Below, piece after piece: positions 48,244 through 59,026 of a stretch of 64,000 nucleotides of DNA. This DNA is from Bythopirellula sp. (lineage in GTDB: Bacteria; Planctomycetota; Planctomycetia; Pirellulales; Lacipirellulaceae). Below the pieces are notes generated by a model. It saw nothing but the letters and a program-made list of their open reading frames with translations, was not told the DNA's origin and ran no database searches. Location: assembly GCA_965216565.1 (NCBI GenBank), contig OZ244170.1:2496001-2560000 (forward strand). Direction: 5' to 3'. Within the stretch, counting starts at the first letter, position 1; each line of letters starts with the position of its first letter. A program made the translations under genes and the position numbers.

Positions 48244-50052
48244 ATGACCGACCAAACGATTCGAACGGCAACTCGACGGGGCAAAGTTCGAACAAATCGG
48301 GGCCCTCGTCTGAACCGACTGCGCTGGCTCTTACTGCTGGTCTGTTGTACGTGTTCGGTGGAAAACGTGTTGGGCGCTGCGGCGCTGGAACCGGTTTATT
48401 GGAAAGAACGTCTCTTCTACGTCCCCTACCGCGTGAGCCAAACCAGTCGCGCGCTCGACCCCGTGCGCAAAGTTCAGCTGCTGATCTCCTCAGATGGCGT
48501 CAGCAACTGGAAGGTTCTGCAGCAGGCAGAACCCAATGTGCAAGGGTTTACCTACAACGCGCCGGCCGATGGGGAATATTGGTTTGCCCTGCGGCATCTC
48601 GATCGTCGCGGCAATCCCTGGCCTTCGCCAACGATCAATCCACAAATGCGAATTGTGATTGATACCGCCCCGCCACAACTGACACTCAATGCCGCCCTCG
48701 ATGCTAACGGTGCCGTGAGTGTTCGTTACGAAGCCAGTGATGTGAGCCTGCATGCCCCATCGCTGCATCTTGAAGTGCGACCCGAGGGCGGATCGTGGAC
48801 ATCCCTTCCTGCTACCTCCCACGATGTATCGCACCCCGATCGACTTGTTGGCCGTGTGAGATGGAACGCACCGGCGAACGCGAGAATGGTTGAGGTTCGC
48901 GGTTCGATAGCAGACCGGACGGGACTGCGGGGGGCGGCCAATGCCGAACTCGGGTTGAGTGGCCCGGCGATGAGTCGGCCTAGCGGCGCCAATATTGCCC
49001 AGAACTCGACAAGGTCGACCGTAGATCCCTTCAAGATTGAGGTTATCGAAAGCCAAGGTGCAACACCAGCATCTCGAGAGTGGCCACAAGCCGGCATGCA
49101 AGCGTCGCTTCCGCCTGCCAATAGCTTGTCGGCCTCAGACGTTCCGCCACCCACGCTCAATCCCTACTGTGCCGATCCCTACCGCAACGACGAAGAGGAA
49201 TTCGGTTCGACCACCCAAAGTGGACGGACGACCCAGGGTAAAACTCCTGCGCGGCTGATCGGCGATCTATCACCGAAAAATAAGCCCTTAGTGATCGAAC
49301 TGCCGGATGACTTTGCACCGACGCCACTTCCACCAATCAGTAAACTCGATAAGGGTTGGCAGGCGCCGAGTGCCACGCAAGTGACGAGCATTCGATCGGT
49401 GAACTCTCGAACCTTCGAAATCGAGTACGATTTAGAAACCATCGGACCCTGGGGAGTTTCCAAGGTGGAGTTATGGGGCACGCACGACGATGGCAACACT
49501 TGGCAGTCGTATGGCGTGGACGACGACAACCGCTCCCCTCTGCGAGTGAGCGTGCCGGGATCGGGAACGTATGGTTTTCGTATTGTCGTGCAGGGTGCCG
49601 GCACTGCCGTGACGCCACCGCCCCGCAATGGGGATAAGCCCGAACTAAATGTCGAAGTCGATCTTCAAACTCCAACGGCTGAAATTGTGTCGGTTGAACC
49701 AGGACGAGACGACCTCACGGGGCACCTGCAGATTCGATGGGCTGCCACCGATAGTAATCTGGAGCGTCGGCCGATTAGTCTGTTTTATGGTTCCTACGCC
49801 GAAGGGCCTTGGTCGGCGATTGCGACGCAACTCCCCAATACGGGAAGCTACACCTGGCGGATGGAGCGGCACTTGCCGGATCGTTTCTACATCCGCCTAG
49901 AGTCTCGTGACATTGCAGGCAACGTGGCCGCGGCCCAAACCGATACACCGTTCGAAATCAAACGCCCTCAGCCAACCGGCACATTGCGCGGTGTACGGCC
50001 TGTGGATAATGTGAATGGACTGTACGAGACAGCAGATAGTAGCGCTAGGTAG
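48244..50052 (+). CDS. Exported hypothetical protein with two repeated Ig/FN3-like modules
   Basis: VQLLISSDG..W...DGEYWF...IVIDTAPP is repeated as VELWGTHDDG.TW...GTYGF...VEVDLQTP; Pro-rich linker. Confidence 0.7.
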   Translation: MTDQTIRTATRRGKVRTNRGPRLNRLRWLLLLVCCTCSVENVLGAAALEPVYWKERLFYVPYRVSQTSRALDPVRKVQLLISSDGVSNWKVLQQAEPNVQGFTYNAPADGEYWFALRHLDRRGNPWPSPTINPQMRIVIDTAPPQLTLNAALDANGAVSVRYEASDVSLHAPSLHLEVRPEGGSWTSLPATSHDVSHPDRLVGRVRWNAPANARMVEVRGSIADRTGLRGAANAELGLSGPAMSRPSGANIAQNSTRSTVDPFKIEVIESQGATPASREWPQAGMQASLPPANSLSASDVPPPTLNPYCADPYRNDEEEFGSTTQSGRTTQGKTPARLIGDLSPKNKPLVIELPDDFAPTPLPPISKLDKGWQAPSATQVTSIRSVNSRTFEIEYDLETIGPWGVSKVELWGTHDDGNTWQSYGVDDDNRSPLRVSVPGSGTYGFRIVVQGAGTAVTPPPRNGDKPELNVEVDLQTPTAEIVSVEPGRDDLTGHLQIRWAATDSNLERRPISLFYGSYAEGPWSAIATQLPNTGSYTWRMERHLPDRFYIRLESRDIAGNVAAAQTDTPFEIKRPQPTGTLRGVRPVDNVNGLYETADSSAR

Positions 50053-51550
50053 ATTCTTGACGTCGACGTGCAAATACGCAAACGCTAGACATTGCCAACA
50101 GCACTCCCGATGACGGTTCCGGAAGACTGTATAATCCCGGGACTGAGTTATTTCCAAAGAATCTGCCGAAACCGGCGCGGCGGGCAAAATCTCTGACGAT
50201 GATCTCGAAGAAATTCGGCGTCGTAGGTAGTGGAGCGCTCAGTTCTAAGCCAAGTTCGTAGAATTGCGCGGCATTCTGGGCACCTTCGACGCTGACGAAA
50301 TAGTCGCCCGGTTCGAAGAGAAACAACTCGTCGATCAATTCGCTACCTCCCAGGCCTGAGCTATTGGCTGACTCTAATATTGTCGTGCCGTCTTGATCCC
50401 ATAAAGTCAGGGAAAGGTCACTCTGTGCTGAGGTATTAAACGGCGACTGCGAACCCCCTTGCGGACCTTCTTGGTAGGTGGGGCCCAGCGGAGTTAGCTG
50501 CAAATCGATGATACTTGGCGCCAAAACCGTAAAGCGGAAGAAGTCGGTATCGCTGTCGTCGTCGATGCTGACAAAGTCGGTCTCATGGAACTCGACTAGC
50601 GTGTCAGCGGCATCCGAACCGAGGGTGACAGACTGCCCAGGCCAAAAGCGGCCAAGAGGGGTTGAGTCGAGATAGCTCTCATTGCCATCGCCTTCCTCGA
50701 AGACATCGCCATACAAGCGGTGGGCACCGAGAATATCGTCCAGTTGGGGGCCATCGAAATCGACTGCCAGGAATGGCCCCATCAAAATATCGGCATCTGA
50801 CGAAATCACGTGATTGAATCCCAATCCATGGCCCACTTCATGCATTATCATGTTGCGAAAGCGAATGAAATTGTTCTCCGGGTTTCCCCAACGGTTGATC
50901 TCGTCCGTATCGATCACCATATCTGAAAAGTTGGGAAAGAAGTTATAGGCCAAGAAAGTCGGGCTGATTTGGCCGTCGATCGAATGACCTCCGATGCGAT
51001 GGTCGCCACGAGCCGTCGAAAATCCTGCAGAATTCGGCAGCCGCGCACCGTCGTCGGGAACATGAGTGAAGTTAATTCCCGAGAGTTCGTCCCATCTTTC
51101 AAAGGACGATTCAAAAAGTTGAAACCAATCGCGCTGAGTAATGTCGGCACCGCCGGGGCTCGTGCCGCCGTGGTGTATACCGTCTAAAAAGGAGATCAGA
51201 TTACTGGGTGTTGCCGGTTCACCAAGTCCACTCGGGAGTTGAGTCCCATCTGGCACGATACTCCAGGTGAGCTCTGCCGGCTGACCGAGGCCAGAGGGAC
51301 CCGAAGAAGTGTTGGTCCAACCTTGGCCAAAGGTTTGAAACGCATCTAGCGCATCGAATTCCTTCCAATCCATATCCGTTTGGGGACTCATCAATCCGTG
51401 AACGTGACATCCACATGCTTGACTGTCTGATGCCAAGCAGTTGTGGCATACCGCTGCATAGCCTACGGAACACAGGAGCGACAGTCCCACACCCAGAATT
51501 AGCCGATAGAAATTGCCGAATCCTTGAACAGAAGTGCACCGACCTAGCAT
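50045..51550 (-). CDS. Matrixin-like (M10) zinc metalloprotease with PPC-like domain and PEP-CTERM
   Basis: HEVGHGLGFNH, Met-turn ILMGP, DDILGAHRLYG, DTDFFRF and LPEPSS...RRR tail. Confidence 0.85.
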   Translation of the reverse strand: MLGRCTSVQGFGNFYRLILGVGLSLLCSVGYAAVCHNCLASDSQACGCHVHGLMSPQTDMDWKEFDALDAFQTFGQGWTNTSSGPSGLGQPAELTWSIVPDGTQLPSGLGEPATPSNLISFLDGIHHGGTSPGGADITQRDWFQLFESSFERWDELSGINFTHVPDDGARLPNSAGFSTARGDHRIGGHSIDGQISPTFLAYNFFPNFSDMVIDTDEINRWGNPENNFIRFRNMIMHEVGHGLGFNHVISSDADILMGPFLAVDFDGPQLDDILGAHRLYGDVFEEGDGNESYLDSTPLGRFWPGQSVTLGSDAADTLVEFHETDFVSIDDDSDTDFFRFTVLAPSIIDLQLTPLGPTYQEGPQGGSQSPFNTSAQSDLSLTLWDQDGTTILESANSSGLGGSELIDELFLFEPGDYFVSVEGAQNAAQFYELGLELSAPLPTTPNFFEIIVRDFARRAGFGRFFGNNSVPGLYSLPEPSSGVLLAMSSVCVFARRRQEST

Positions 51551-51736
51551 GTAGTCTTCCTTGTTTGCTGGAGCCCCTAGACTGGATGTGTGGCCGCAGG
51601 ACCACTTTCTATAAGCTAACGATGGATGTCGGTGTATTCAAGGAAAAATCACAAGTTCGGAGGAGTAGGGACGAGTTTCGCCTGGATAAATTTTGCGTTA
51701 GATTAAGCGAGTCTCTGAATCGATCCGCGAGAAACC

Positions 51737-52849
51737 ATGGCCAAATCGTCTTCAACCATTGTCAGCAGCCTGAATTATCTGTCATCGCCAGATGGTTACG
51801 CTCTAGGTTCAGTCTGTGCGGTTGTGGGCGACGATGCGTTTCTCCGGCAGGAAGTTCGCCAGTCTCTTGCACAGAGCACCGATGAGGGCGATGGGGAACT
51901 CACATTGGAAACCTGCGCAGGGAAGTCGGCCGAGTGGCGAAATATCGTCGACCTGCTAAGAGAACGTTCGTTGTTTGGCGGAGGAAGTCGCACGGTGATT
52001 GTGGAAGACGCCGATCCCTTTGTAAAAAACTATCGAGACAAGATCGAACTATACGTGGAAGAGGCCAGCGGCGATGGGTTGTTGATTTTAGAACTGAATT
52101 CCTTGCCGGGAAACACGCGGCTTGCCAAGTCGATTGCCAAGCACGGACTGACGATTCGATGTTCTGTACCTGATCGTGGCAAAGAGCTCAAAGAGTTTGT
52201 CAATTCGCTCAAGAAGTGGCTCATAGATATCGCCAAAGAAAAGTTTGAGGTAGTCTTGCCGACAGCTGCGGTGGACTTGCTGCTCGATCTATTGCCCACG
52301 GAGGTTGGCATTCTGTATCAGGAAGTCGACAAGCTCTCGCTGCTTGTGGGCGAGGACAGAAAGATTGGGGTAGAGCTAGTCCGCGAACATGTTGGCAGCT
52401 GGCGAACTCGTAAGACTTGGGACATGATCGATGCTGTTGCAGACGGCCAGGCCGACGAAGCACTTCGGCAACTCGACCGATTGATTGCAGCGGGCGAAAA
52501 ACCTCATGCCCTGCTTCCACAAATGGCTTCGACGCTGCGTCGATTTGCCGCGGCTGCTCGGCAAATTGAACAGGCAGAACAACGCAAACAGCGAGTCTCG
52601 CTCCAAGGGGCACTGAAAGAATCTGGCATCATCCCCTTCAAGGTTGCTGCCGCTGAGCAGCAGTTGCGACAAATTGGACGACCTCGGGCCAAGCAGCTCA
52701 ATCGCTGGTTGCTAGCGGCTGACTTAGCCCTGAAAAGCCACAACTCGACGGACGAGCGGGCCCGTCGAGAATTGGAAACCCTCATCGTGCGACTTTCGAA
52801 GCACGCCCAGCCCGTGCGGAGTGCGGCGAAAAGCTCCTCACGCAGATGA
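51737..52849 (+). CDS. holA: DNA polymerase III delta subunit
   Basis: VVGDDAFL, SLFGG...VIVEDAD, LYQEVDKL and LLAADLALKS. Confidence 0.85.
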   Translation: MAKSSSTIVSSLNYLSSPDGYALGSVCAVVGDDAFLRQEVRQSLAQSTDEGDGELTLETCAGKSAEWRNIVDLLRERSLFGGGSRTVIVEDADPFVKNYRDKIELYVEEASGDGLLILELNSLPGNTRLAKSIAKHGLTIRCSVPDRGKELKEFVNSLKKWLIDIAKEKFEVVLPTAAVDLLLDLLPTEVGILYQEVDKLSLLVGEDRKIGVELVREHVGSWRTRKTWDMIDAVADGQADEALRQLDRLIAAGEKPHALLPQMASTLRRFAAAARQIEQAEQRKQRVSLQGALKESGIIPFKVAAAEQQLRQIGRPRAKQLNRWLLAADLALKSHNSTDERARRELETLIVRLSKHAQPVRSAAKSSSRR

Positions 52850-53058
52850 AAGCCCCCTCTGCTAACCCCTCCCCCGAAAACCGAGGAGGGGGGACTTGGA
52901 AGTGATAGCAGTCGCATTTCCCAATGTACTCGAGAGGCACTGAGGTTGTGTTGGGTCGATTCGATTTGTACGATCCCCCCCGCTCATCATCGACTGCTAT
53001 CTCTGATGATAGTACTCCGTCTCTATCACTCAAGGCATTGTTCGCCAATAAACAATCC

Positions 53059-54573
53059 ATGATCTCAGTAGGTTTCAACATACCGGCGTTGTGGCGTCAG
53101 CTTACCTTTGCCTCTTTGATGCTGCCGCTGTTGATCTGTGCCGGATGTCAGGTGCCGGGGTCGACGACAAACTACGCAAAGAACACGGCCAACCCTTTTG
53201 AGACTGGCCAACCAGTCGAAGCGAGTGAAGTCGAAAAGCCCGTGATACAAACAGTCTCGGCAGAAGAGCCCTCTCAAAAAACATCGCAGGCCGATCTATC
53301 GAGCGTATTGGATGAGCTGGACGAAATCGGCGACGTCGATCCGCTGGCGCGAGAAAAACTGACTAACGATCTTCGCGATGTGAAGCCCGAGCTGTGGCCG
53401 TTGATGATCCAGCAGTTCAAGTCGGCTATGGCGTTTCGCAAACAACTCTCTGAGGAAGACACTGAGTTGGTAGGAGCTACGGTCCCCCATCAGCCAGACC
53501 ACGCGCAACAGAACAAAATCAAAGCGTCGACGGCGTCGCACTCAGCCAGTTCGTCAGACAATGAATCAAAGCCGTTATCAAACAAACCAATGGCTGGTGC
53601 AGCAACTGAAACGCCCTCCTCGGCACCGGTGATCGTCAGCGATGCAAGCCCTGCAGCGCCGACGGCAAAGATGATGGCTTATCCCACAACGTCATCGGAA
53701 GCGATGACTACTCCCCCAAGCTCGACATTTGCCGCTAATGATTCGGCATACAATGCCGCTCAGCCCCTGCCGACTCCCCCGACGCACAATCCTTCGCAAG
53801 CGATAGCAACCGCCCACAGCGATCCGCTAATTCGCCCAGCCACCTATGTTAGCACGTCCCCAACGACGACGGGCGACTGGCAGCAACATCTACAACAGGC
53901 CATTGGCAAGCTGGAATCAACTGTCAGCGATCGACCGGCGAGCACGGCTGAACTGCATGAGCACGTGCAACTCCGCATGCTTTATCTGTTGGCCGGCCAG
54001 CGGGGCGAAGCGATGCTACCCGTCCCGGGCGCTACGCCTACGATGCAAGACTATTGGTCGAAACAATTGTTTGCCATTTCCACGCACCTCGATCATCAAC
54101 AACAGCCCGACCAAAAACGGCGCGCGGCCAGCAGTCTCATCCATCTCGATCAGGCGCGGGCCAAACTGGCCGAACTAGCGACGCTGCAGATTCGCAATCT
54201 CAGTTTTGTCGATTCTGTCAGCGGTTACGGTACCTACGAAATTCACGAGTCGAAAGAATTTCGTGCGGGTGACCCGGTCACACTTTATACCGAAGTGGAA
54301 AACCTTCGCAGCGAATCAACACCCAAGGGCTACCAAGCCTCGCTTTCTACCAGCTACGAAGTCGTCGACGCCAGTGGGCAGCGCGTCGATGGCCGACAGT
54401 TCCCCGACGTGGAGGATCTCTGCCAGAATCCTCGCCGCGACTTCCACATGCAATATGGTGTGTCGCTCCCCACGCGGATCTATCCCGGCGAGTACCAATT
54501 GCGGCTGACCATCACCGACCAGCTCAGCCACAAAATCGGCCAGGCCACCGTGCCGTTTGTGATTGTGGAGTGA
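53059..54573 (+). CDS. Hypothetical lipoprotein
   Basis: LICAGC lipobox, Ser/Pro/Ala-rich linker and an Ig-like C-terminus (PGEYQLRLTITD). Confidence 0.7.
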   Translation: MISVGFNIPALWRQLTFASLMLPLLICAGCQVPGSTTNYAKNTANPFETGQPVEASEVEKPVIQTVSAEEPSQKTSQADLSSVLDELDEIGDVDPLAREKLTNDLRDVKPELWPLMIQQFKSAMAFRKQLSEEDTELVGATVPHQPDHAQQNKIKASTASHSASSSDNESKPLSNKPMAGAATETPSSAPVIVSDASPAAPTAKMMAYPTTSSEAMTTPPSSTFAANDSAYNAAQPLPTPPTHNPSQAIATAHSDPLIRPATYVSTSPTTTGDWQQHLQQAIGKLESTVSDRPASTAELHEHVQLRMLYLLAGQRGEAMLPVPGATPTMQDYWSKQLFAISTHLDHQQQPDQKRRAASSLIHLDQARAKLAELATLQIRNLSFVDSVSGYGTYEIHESKEFRAGDPVTLYTEVENLRSESTPKGYQASLSTSYEVVDASGQRVDGRQFPDVEDLCQNPRRDFHMQYGVSLPTRIYPGEYQLRLTITDQLSHKIGQATVPFVIVE

Positions 54574-54736
54574 TTAGGCTGTAGGCTTGAGGCTGGGGGC
54601 GGGAGTGTGGCCACCGCTTGCGGTTTAGCGGCAGCGAGTCGTTACTGCTTTTCCCGCGATTCACTTTCTGCTGTCCCCATGGCTTTCGACTCGCTAAAAT
54701 CAGAACTCTGATTTCTAAGCAGCGAGCGAACCAAGC

Positions 54737-55516
54737 ATGAAAAACACCGCACTTGTTACCGGCGCTTCGGGCGGCATCGGCCGCGATTTGGCGACGATCC
54801 ACGCGGCCCAAGGTGGCGATCTGGTGATTGTTGCCAGGAGCGGCGACGAACTTGAGCAGCTCAAGAGCGAGCTAGAAACTGAGCACGGCACAACCGTGCT
54901 GTGTCTAGCGGAAGATCTAACGGCCGAGGGTGCCATTGAAAGGATCCACGAAGCGATTGAAAAAGAGAATATCGAGATCGAAGTGCTAATCAACAACGCC
55001 GGCTTTGGAGGGCACGGGCTGTTTCATGAAAGGGAATGGGCCAAGGACGAGGCGATGATCGAGTTGAACGTCACCGCGTTGGCAAAGCTGACGCATGTGA
55101 TTCTGCAAGACATGGTTCCGCGCAAGCGGGGCAAGATTCTGAACGTGGCCTCCACGGCGGGAATGGTACCCGGTCCGTTGCAAGCCACCTATTACGCCAC
55201 CAAAGCGTTCGTGCTTTCGTTTTCCCAAGCGCTGGCCGAGGAATTGGCTGACTCGAATATTACCGTGACCGCCCTCTGCCCGGGTCCTGTGAAAACGGGC
55301 TTTGCCGATCGTGCCAATATGGAAGGCATCGATGCGTTTGAGAAAAACGCCGCCGACTCGATGAGCGTGGCCAAGCTCGGCTACTCCGCTATGCAAAAGG
55401 GAAAGCTGGTGGTCATCAACGACTGGATGCTGTCGATCGTACTAAACTGGCTGGTTCCGCTCATGCCACGCCGCTGGGTGCTGAAGTTTTCGCGCCAGGC
55501 GATGGAGAAGAATTAG
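54737..55516 (+). CDS. Short-chain dehydrogenase/reductase
   Basis: TGASGGIG, NNAG and YYATK. Confidence 0.92.
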   Translation: MKNTALVTGASGGIGRDLATIHAAQGGDLVIVARSGDELEQLKSELETEHGTTVLCLAEDLTAEGAIERIHEAIEKENIEIEVLINNAGFGGHGLFHEREWAKDEAMIELNVTALAKLTHVILQDMVPRKRGKILNVASTAGMVPGPLQATYYATKAFVLSFSQALAEELADSNITVTALCPGPVKTGFADRANMEGIDAFEKNAADSMSVAKLGYSAMQKGKLVVINDWMLSIVLNWLVPLMPRRWVLKFSRQAMEKN

Positions 55517-55626
55517 ATTGCAGCGGACAGGATGACAAGATTGGCGGGATTTACTGGATCACAGTTGATCCTTTCATATGTTCATCCAGTTCATCCCAGA
55601 AATCCTGTCATCCAGTCCATATAAAC

Positions 55627-56604
55627 TTATATCTCTACGAGCACCTTGCCCACGGCGTCGCCTTCTACTGCCTCGTGCGCTGCAACGGTTTCGGCCAGGG
55701 GGAATCTGGGGCCCAGGTCGTGGGTGAGTTGGTCTTCCTCCAGCCAGTCGGTGATCTGCAGCACGGCTTGGCGTTCTAGTTCCAGGGGGGTGAGGAACGT
55801 GAGTACGTGCTGAACGACGATCGCTTTGTACATCATCGTGTAGAACGGCACCGTCGGTTCGGGCTCCGCCTGCGAGGCGTAGGTGGCGATGGTGCCGCCG
55901 GGCTTGATGGCGGCGATCGACGCTTCCAGGTTGCCGCCGAATTCGACTTCGACGATGCGGTCGACGCCCTGCCCCGATGTGATTTCTTGAACGCGACTGC
56001 CCACATCTTCGGATTTGTAGTTCAACACATGATCGGCCCCCGCAGTGTGTGCTAGTTCAGCCTTCTCGACACTACTGACCGTAGCGATCACGGAGGCACC
56101 GGCGAGCTTAGCGAATTGCACCGCATAGCGACCCACGGCCCCCGCCCCACCGGTGACGAGAATGGTTTGCCCTTCCACTGACCCATCGGCAAACACACTC
56201 GGATAGGCAGTGAGCGCCGGAATTCCCAAGCAGGCGCCGGCCGCAAGTTCAACATGATCGGGCAGACGAACGGCGCATTCAGCCGGTAGCACAACGTATT
56301 CCGCAGCCGTGCCAAAGTCGCGTTGCCACTGAGCTTTGTAAACCCACACGCGTTGGCCTTCGCGTTCCGAGTCGACATCGTCTCCCACGGCGTCGATCGT
56401 TCCTGCTCCGTCGAAATGCGGGATCACCCGCTGGGCATCCAATCCGCCGCGTCCCCCCTGGCGGCGTTTTACGTCGACGGGGTTCACTCCAGACACTTCG
56501 AGCTTCACCCGTACCTCACCGGCAGCGGGTTGCGGGTCTTCAACGTCGCCGTACTGGAGTACTTCGCGAGCAGTGCCCTGCTTTTCGTACCAAATGGCTT
56601 TCAT
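55627..56604 (-). CDS. NADPH:quinone reductase (MDR, zeta-crystallin-like)
   Basis: GVNPVD, GTAAEY, TGGAGAVG and GKVLV. Confidence 0.9.
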   Translation of the reverse strand: MKAIWYEKQGTAREVLQYGDVEDPQPAAGEVRVKLEVSGVNPVDVKRRQGGRGGLDAQRVIPHFDGAGTIDAVGDDVDSEREGQRVWVYKAQWQRDFGTAAEYVVLPAECAVRLPDHVELAAGACLGIPALTAYPSVFADGSVEGQTILVTGGAGAVGRYAVQFAKLAGASVIATVSSVEKAELAHTAGADHVLNYKSEDVGSRVQEITSGQGVDRIVEVEFGGNLEASIAAIKPGGTIATYASQAEPEPTVPFYTMMYKAIVVQHVLTFLTPLELERQAVLQITDWLEEDQLTHDLGPRFPLAETVAAHEAVEGDAVGKVLVEI

Positions 56605-56745
56605 GAATGGGTCTCCAAAATTTGCTATTTCGAACGATTAGGCTAATGGATTAGAACCACAAAGACAGTTGGACAGGATGACAGGATAGGCAGGATCAAC
56701 GGGATTCAATTCTCACGATATTCTATTAATCCCAGTCATCCTGTC

Positions 56746-57333
56746 TTACTTCGTGCTCTTTGTGTTTTTGTGGTTCAAATTCAAATCATACGTCCTTGCA
56801 CGGATGCTCTCGGGCAAGGTGGTGGGCGAGGCAATGACGATTGTTGTGTCTGTGAGTGTCGATAGTAATTGACAAACCTTGTCCGCCGCCGTTGGGTCGA
56901 GTTCCGCGAGTGGCTCGTCGAGCAACAGCAGCTTCGGACCGGTAGCCAAGGCGCGTGCGAGTGCCACACGGCGAATTTCTCCGCCGGAGAGATTCAAGGT
57001 CGACCGCGAGGCGAGGTGATCGATACCGAGCGCTGTCAGTAGTTCTTGCGGGTGGGTTCCGTTCCGCTGGGCATAGGTGACGTTGCTAAGGACCGTGCCG
57101 CGGAATAGCAGAGGCTGTTGATGGACGAAAGTTTTCTGCGGCAAGCTGGCCTCAACCCGGCATTGCCCGGTGTAGGTATTTTCCAGCCCGGCTAAAACGC
57201 GTAGCAACGTTGTTTTACCCGAACCGTTCGCACCGACGACCGCTACCGTCTCGCCCGCTTCCACCTGGAACTGATCGATCCGGCAGATGGTTTGCGATTC
57301 TTTCTCAACCGTGAGCTGAGCAATCTGGATCAT
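56746..57333 (-). CDS. tupC: Tungstate ABC transporter ATP-binding subunit
   Basis: GANGSGKTT, LSGGE and LLLDEP; starts at MIQIAQ overlapping the tupB stop. Confidence 0.8.
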   Translation of the reverse strand: MIQIAQLTVEKESQTICRIDQFQVEAGETVAVVGANGSGKTTLLRVLAGLENTYTGQCRVEASLPQKTFVHQQPLLFRGTVLSNVTYAQRNGTHPQELLTALGIDHLASRSTLNLSGGEIRRVALARALATGPKLLLLDEPLAELDPTAADKVCQLLSTLTDTTIVIASPTTLPESIRARTYDLNLNHKNTKSTK

Positions 57334-58025
57334 CGCTGTTGCTCCCGGCTTAGCCAACCAATGGTTGCGGCGACCACCAACGCAATAATCAGCAGAATCA
57401 TTCCCAGTGCCATGCCACGGGCCAGTTCGCCTTTGCTGGTTTCCAGGGCGGCGGCTGTGGCCAGTGTGCGAGTGCGGTGGAGAATGTTTCCCCCCACGAT
57501 CATGGCGATGCCCAGTTCCGTCACGCAACGGGCGAACGCGGTGAGCAGCGCGAGAGTCACGGAGGTGCGCGCTTCGGAAATATAGGTGGCCCAACGTCGC
57601 CATCGGCTGACGCCCAGTGTCCAAGCCGTCTCGGCAACGCGAGGGTCGAGCGATTGGATGCCGCCATGGCAGATGCCTACCACAATCGGAATTGCCAGGA
57701 GCAACTCGCCGAAAATGATTGCCTGCGGGGTGTAGAGCAATTCCAAGGCTCCTAGCGGACCGCGTCGGGAGAACAGACCATAACAGAGGATTCCCACAAA
57801 CACCGTGGGTAGTGCCATGCCGGCGCGAAACAGAATCACCAGCAATCGATTGCCTGGGAACTGCGTGCGAGCAAGCCAGATGCCCAGGGGCAACCCTAAC
57901 ACCATGGCCAGCGCAACGGCGGTCGACGAAATCCACAGGCTCCGCCAGGCCGCGGAATAGACGAGCGATTCGCCAGCGAGCATCATGCGGAATGCTTCGG
58001 AAAGTCCGTCGGTGATCTGTTGCAT
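57330..58025 (-). CDS. tupB: Tungstate ABC transporter permease
   Basis: MALPTVFVG..Y.LFSRRGPLG...ELGIAMIVGGNI...TRTLAT...LETSKG. Confidence 0.88.
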   Translation of the reverse strand: MQQITDGLSEAFRMMLAGESLVYSAAWRSLWISSTAVALAMVLGLPLGIWLARTQFPGNRLLVILFRAGMALPTVFVGILCYGLFSRRGPLGALELLYTPQAIIFGELLLAIPIVVGICHGGIQSLDPRVAETAWTLGVSRWRRWATYISEARTSVTLALLTAFARCVTELGIAMIVGGNILHRTRTLATAAALETSKGELARGMALGMILLIIALVVAATIGWLSREQQR

Positions 58026-58033
58026 GCCGGCGT

Positions 58034-58858
58034 CTATTCGATGTGGTGGGCGGGGTGAAACAACTGTTCATCTGCCAAACGGTATTCACCGATGGCGCGT
58101 TGAGTGGAATTGGTGATTAAATACTCGAGCAGCTTCTCGGCGAGGTCGACTCTTACAGCGGAGTGTACCTGAGGGCTGACAACAATTGCACCGTAAGGAT
58201 TCTCTAGCGCTGGCGAATTGCTCACGAGCGGGACCAGCTCGATTTTGGAGCGGAAGTGCAGGTACGTTCCCCGATCGCAGAGAATATAGGCCTGTAGCTC
58301 GTCGGCAATCACTAGCGTGCTGCCCATCCCCTGCCCTGTTTCAATATACTCGGGCCAGTCGGGACGTCCGCCGGTGCTCTCCCAGAGAGCGAGCTCGCGT
58401 TGATGGGTGCCGCTGTCGTCGCTCCGGGAAACGAATCGATGGCCACTGGCGGCAATTGCTTGGAGTGCCTTGCCGGGGTCGAGTCCTTGGATTTTCGCAG
58501 GATCGTCCGCCGGCCCCAGGATTTCGAAGTGATTGAACATAATATCCTCGCGTCGCAACCCAGTGCCTGCGGCAAGGAACGCTTCTTCCGCAGCTCGGGC
58601 ATGCACTAGCACCAAATCGGCATCGCCCGCGGCACCCAGTTTGAGAGCCTTACCCGTTCCGACAGCCACGACGTCGACCCGCACGTTCTGCTGTTGTTCG
58701 AAGGGTGGCAAGAGCATTTCCAGCAGTCCGGAGTCGCGTGTGCTGGTGGTGGTGGCGAGTCTGAGGACCTGTTGCTGAGAATCGGAATCCTTCGCGCAGC
58801 CCAGAGCTGACGTCATGGCGAGAAATAGAACGAGGAAGGTTGATCTTAGGTTTATCAA
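58034..58858 (-). CDS. tupA: Tungstate ABC transporter substrate-binding lipoprotein
   Basis: LRLATTTSTRDSGLL (TTTS signature), AVGTGKAL, SRSDDSGTH, GQGMG; ALGC lipobox. Confidence 0.9.
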   Translation of the reverse strand: MINLRSTFLVLFLAMTSALGCAKDSDSQQQVLRLATTTSTRDSGLLEMLLPPFEQQQNVRVDVVAVGTGKALKLGAAGDADLVLVHARAAEEAFLAAGTGLRREDIMFNHFEILGPADDPAKIQGLDPGKALQAIAASGHRFVSRSDDSGTHQRELALWESTGGRPDWPEYIETGQGMGSTLVIADELQAYILCDRGTYLHFRSKIELVPLVSNSPALENPYGAIVVSPQVHSAVRVDLAEKLLEYLITNSTQRAIGEYRLADEQLFHPAHHIE

Positions 58859-59026
58859 AGTGGAGCCTTGCAGACGGCTGAAATTGTTTTTGCTTTTGGC
58901 GGGGCACCGGCGATCTGTCGGATCGCGGCTATTCGCGGCTAATGCTATTCACGGCTAATATTGTGATATGACGATCTCTTCTGATTGGACATTGTGTCAT
59001 TGATCGAGGAACATTAGACAATATAT

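Noticed and set aside
57334..58089. 447-aa fused ABC ATPase from the ORF track (56746-58089)
   Set aside because: The N-terminal part overlaps tupB in another frame; the real ATPase starts at ATG 57333.
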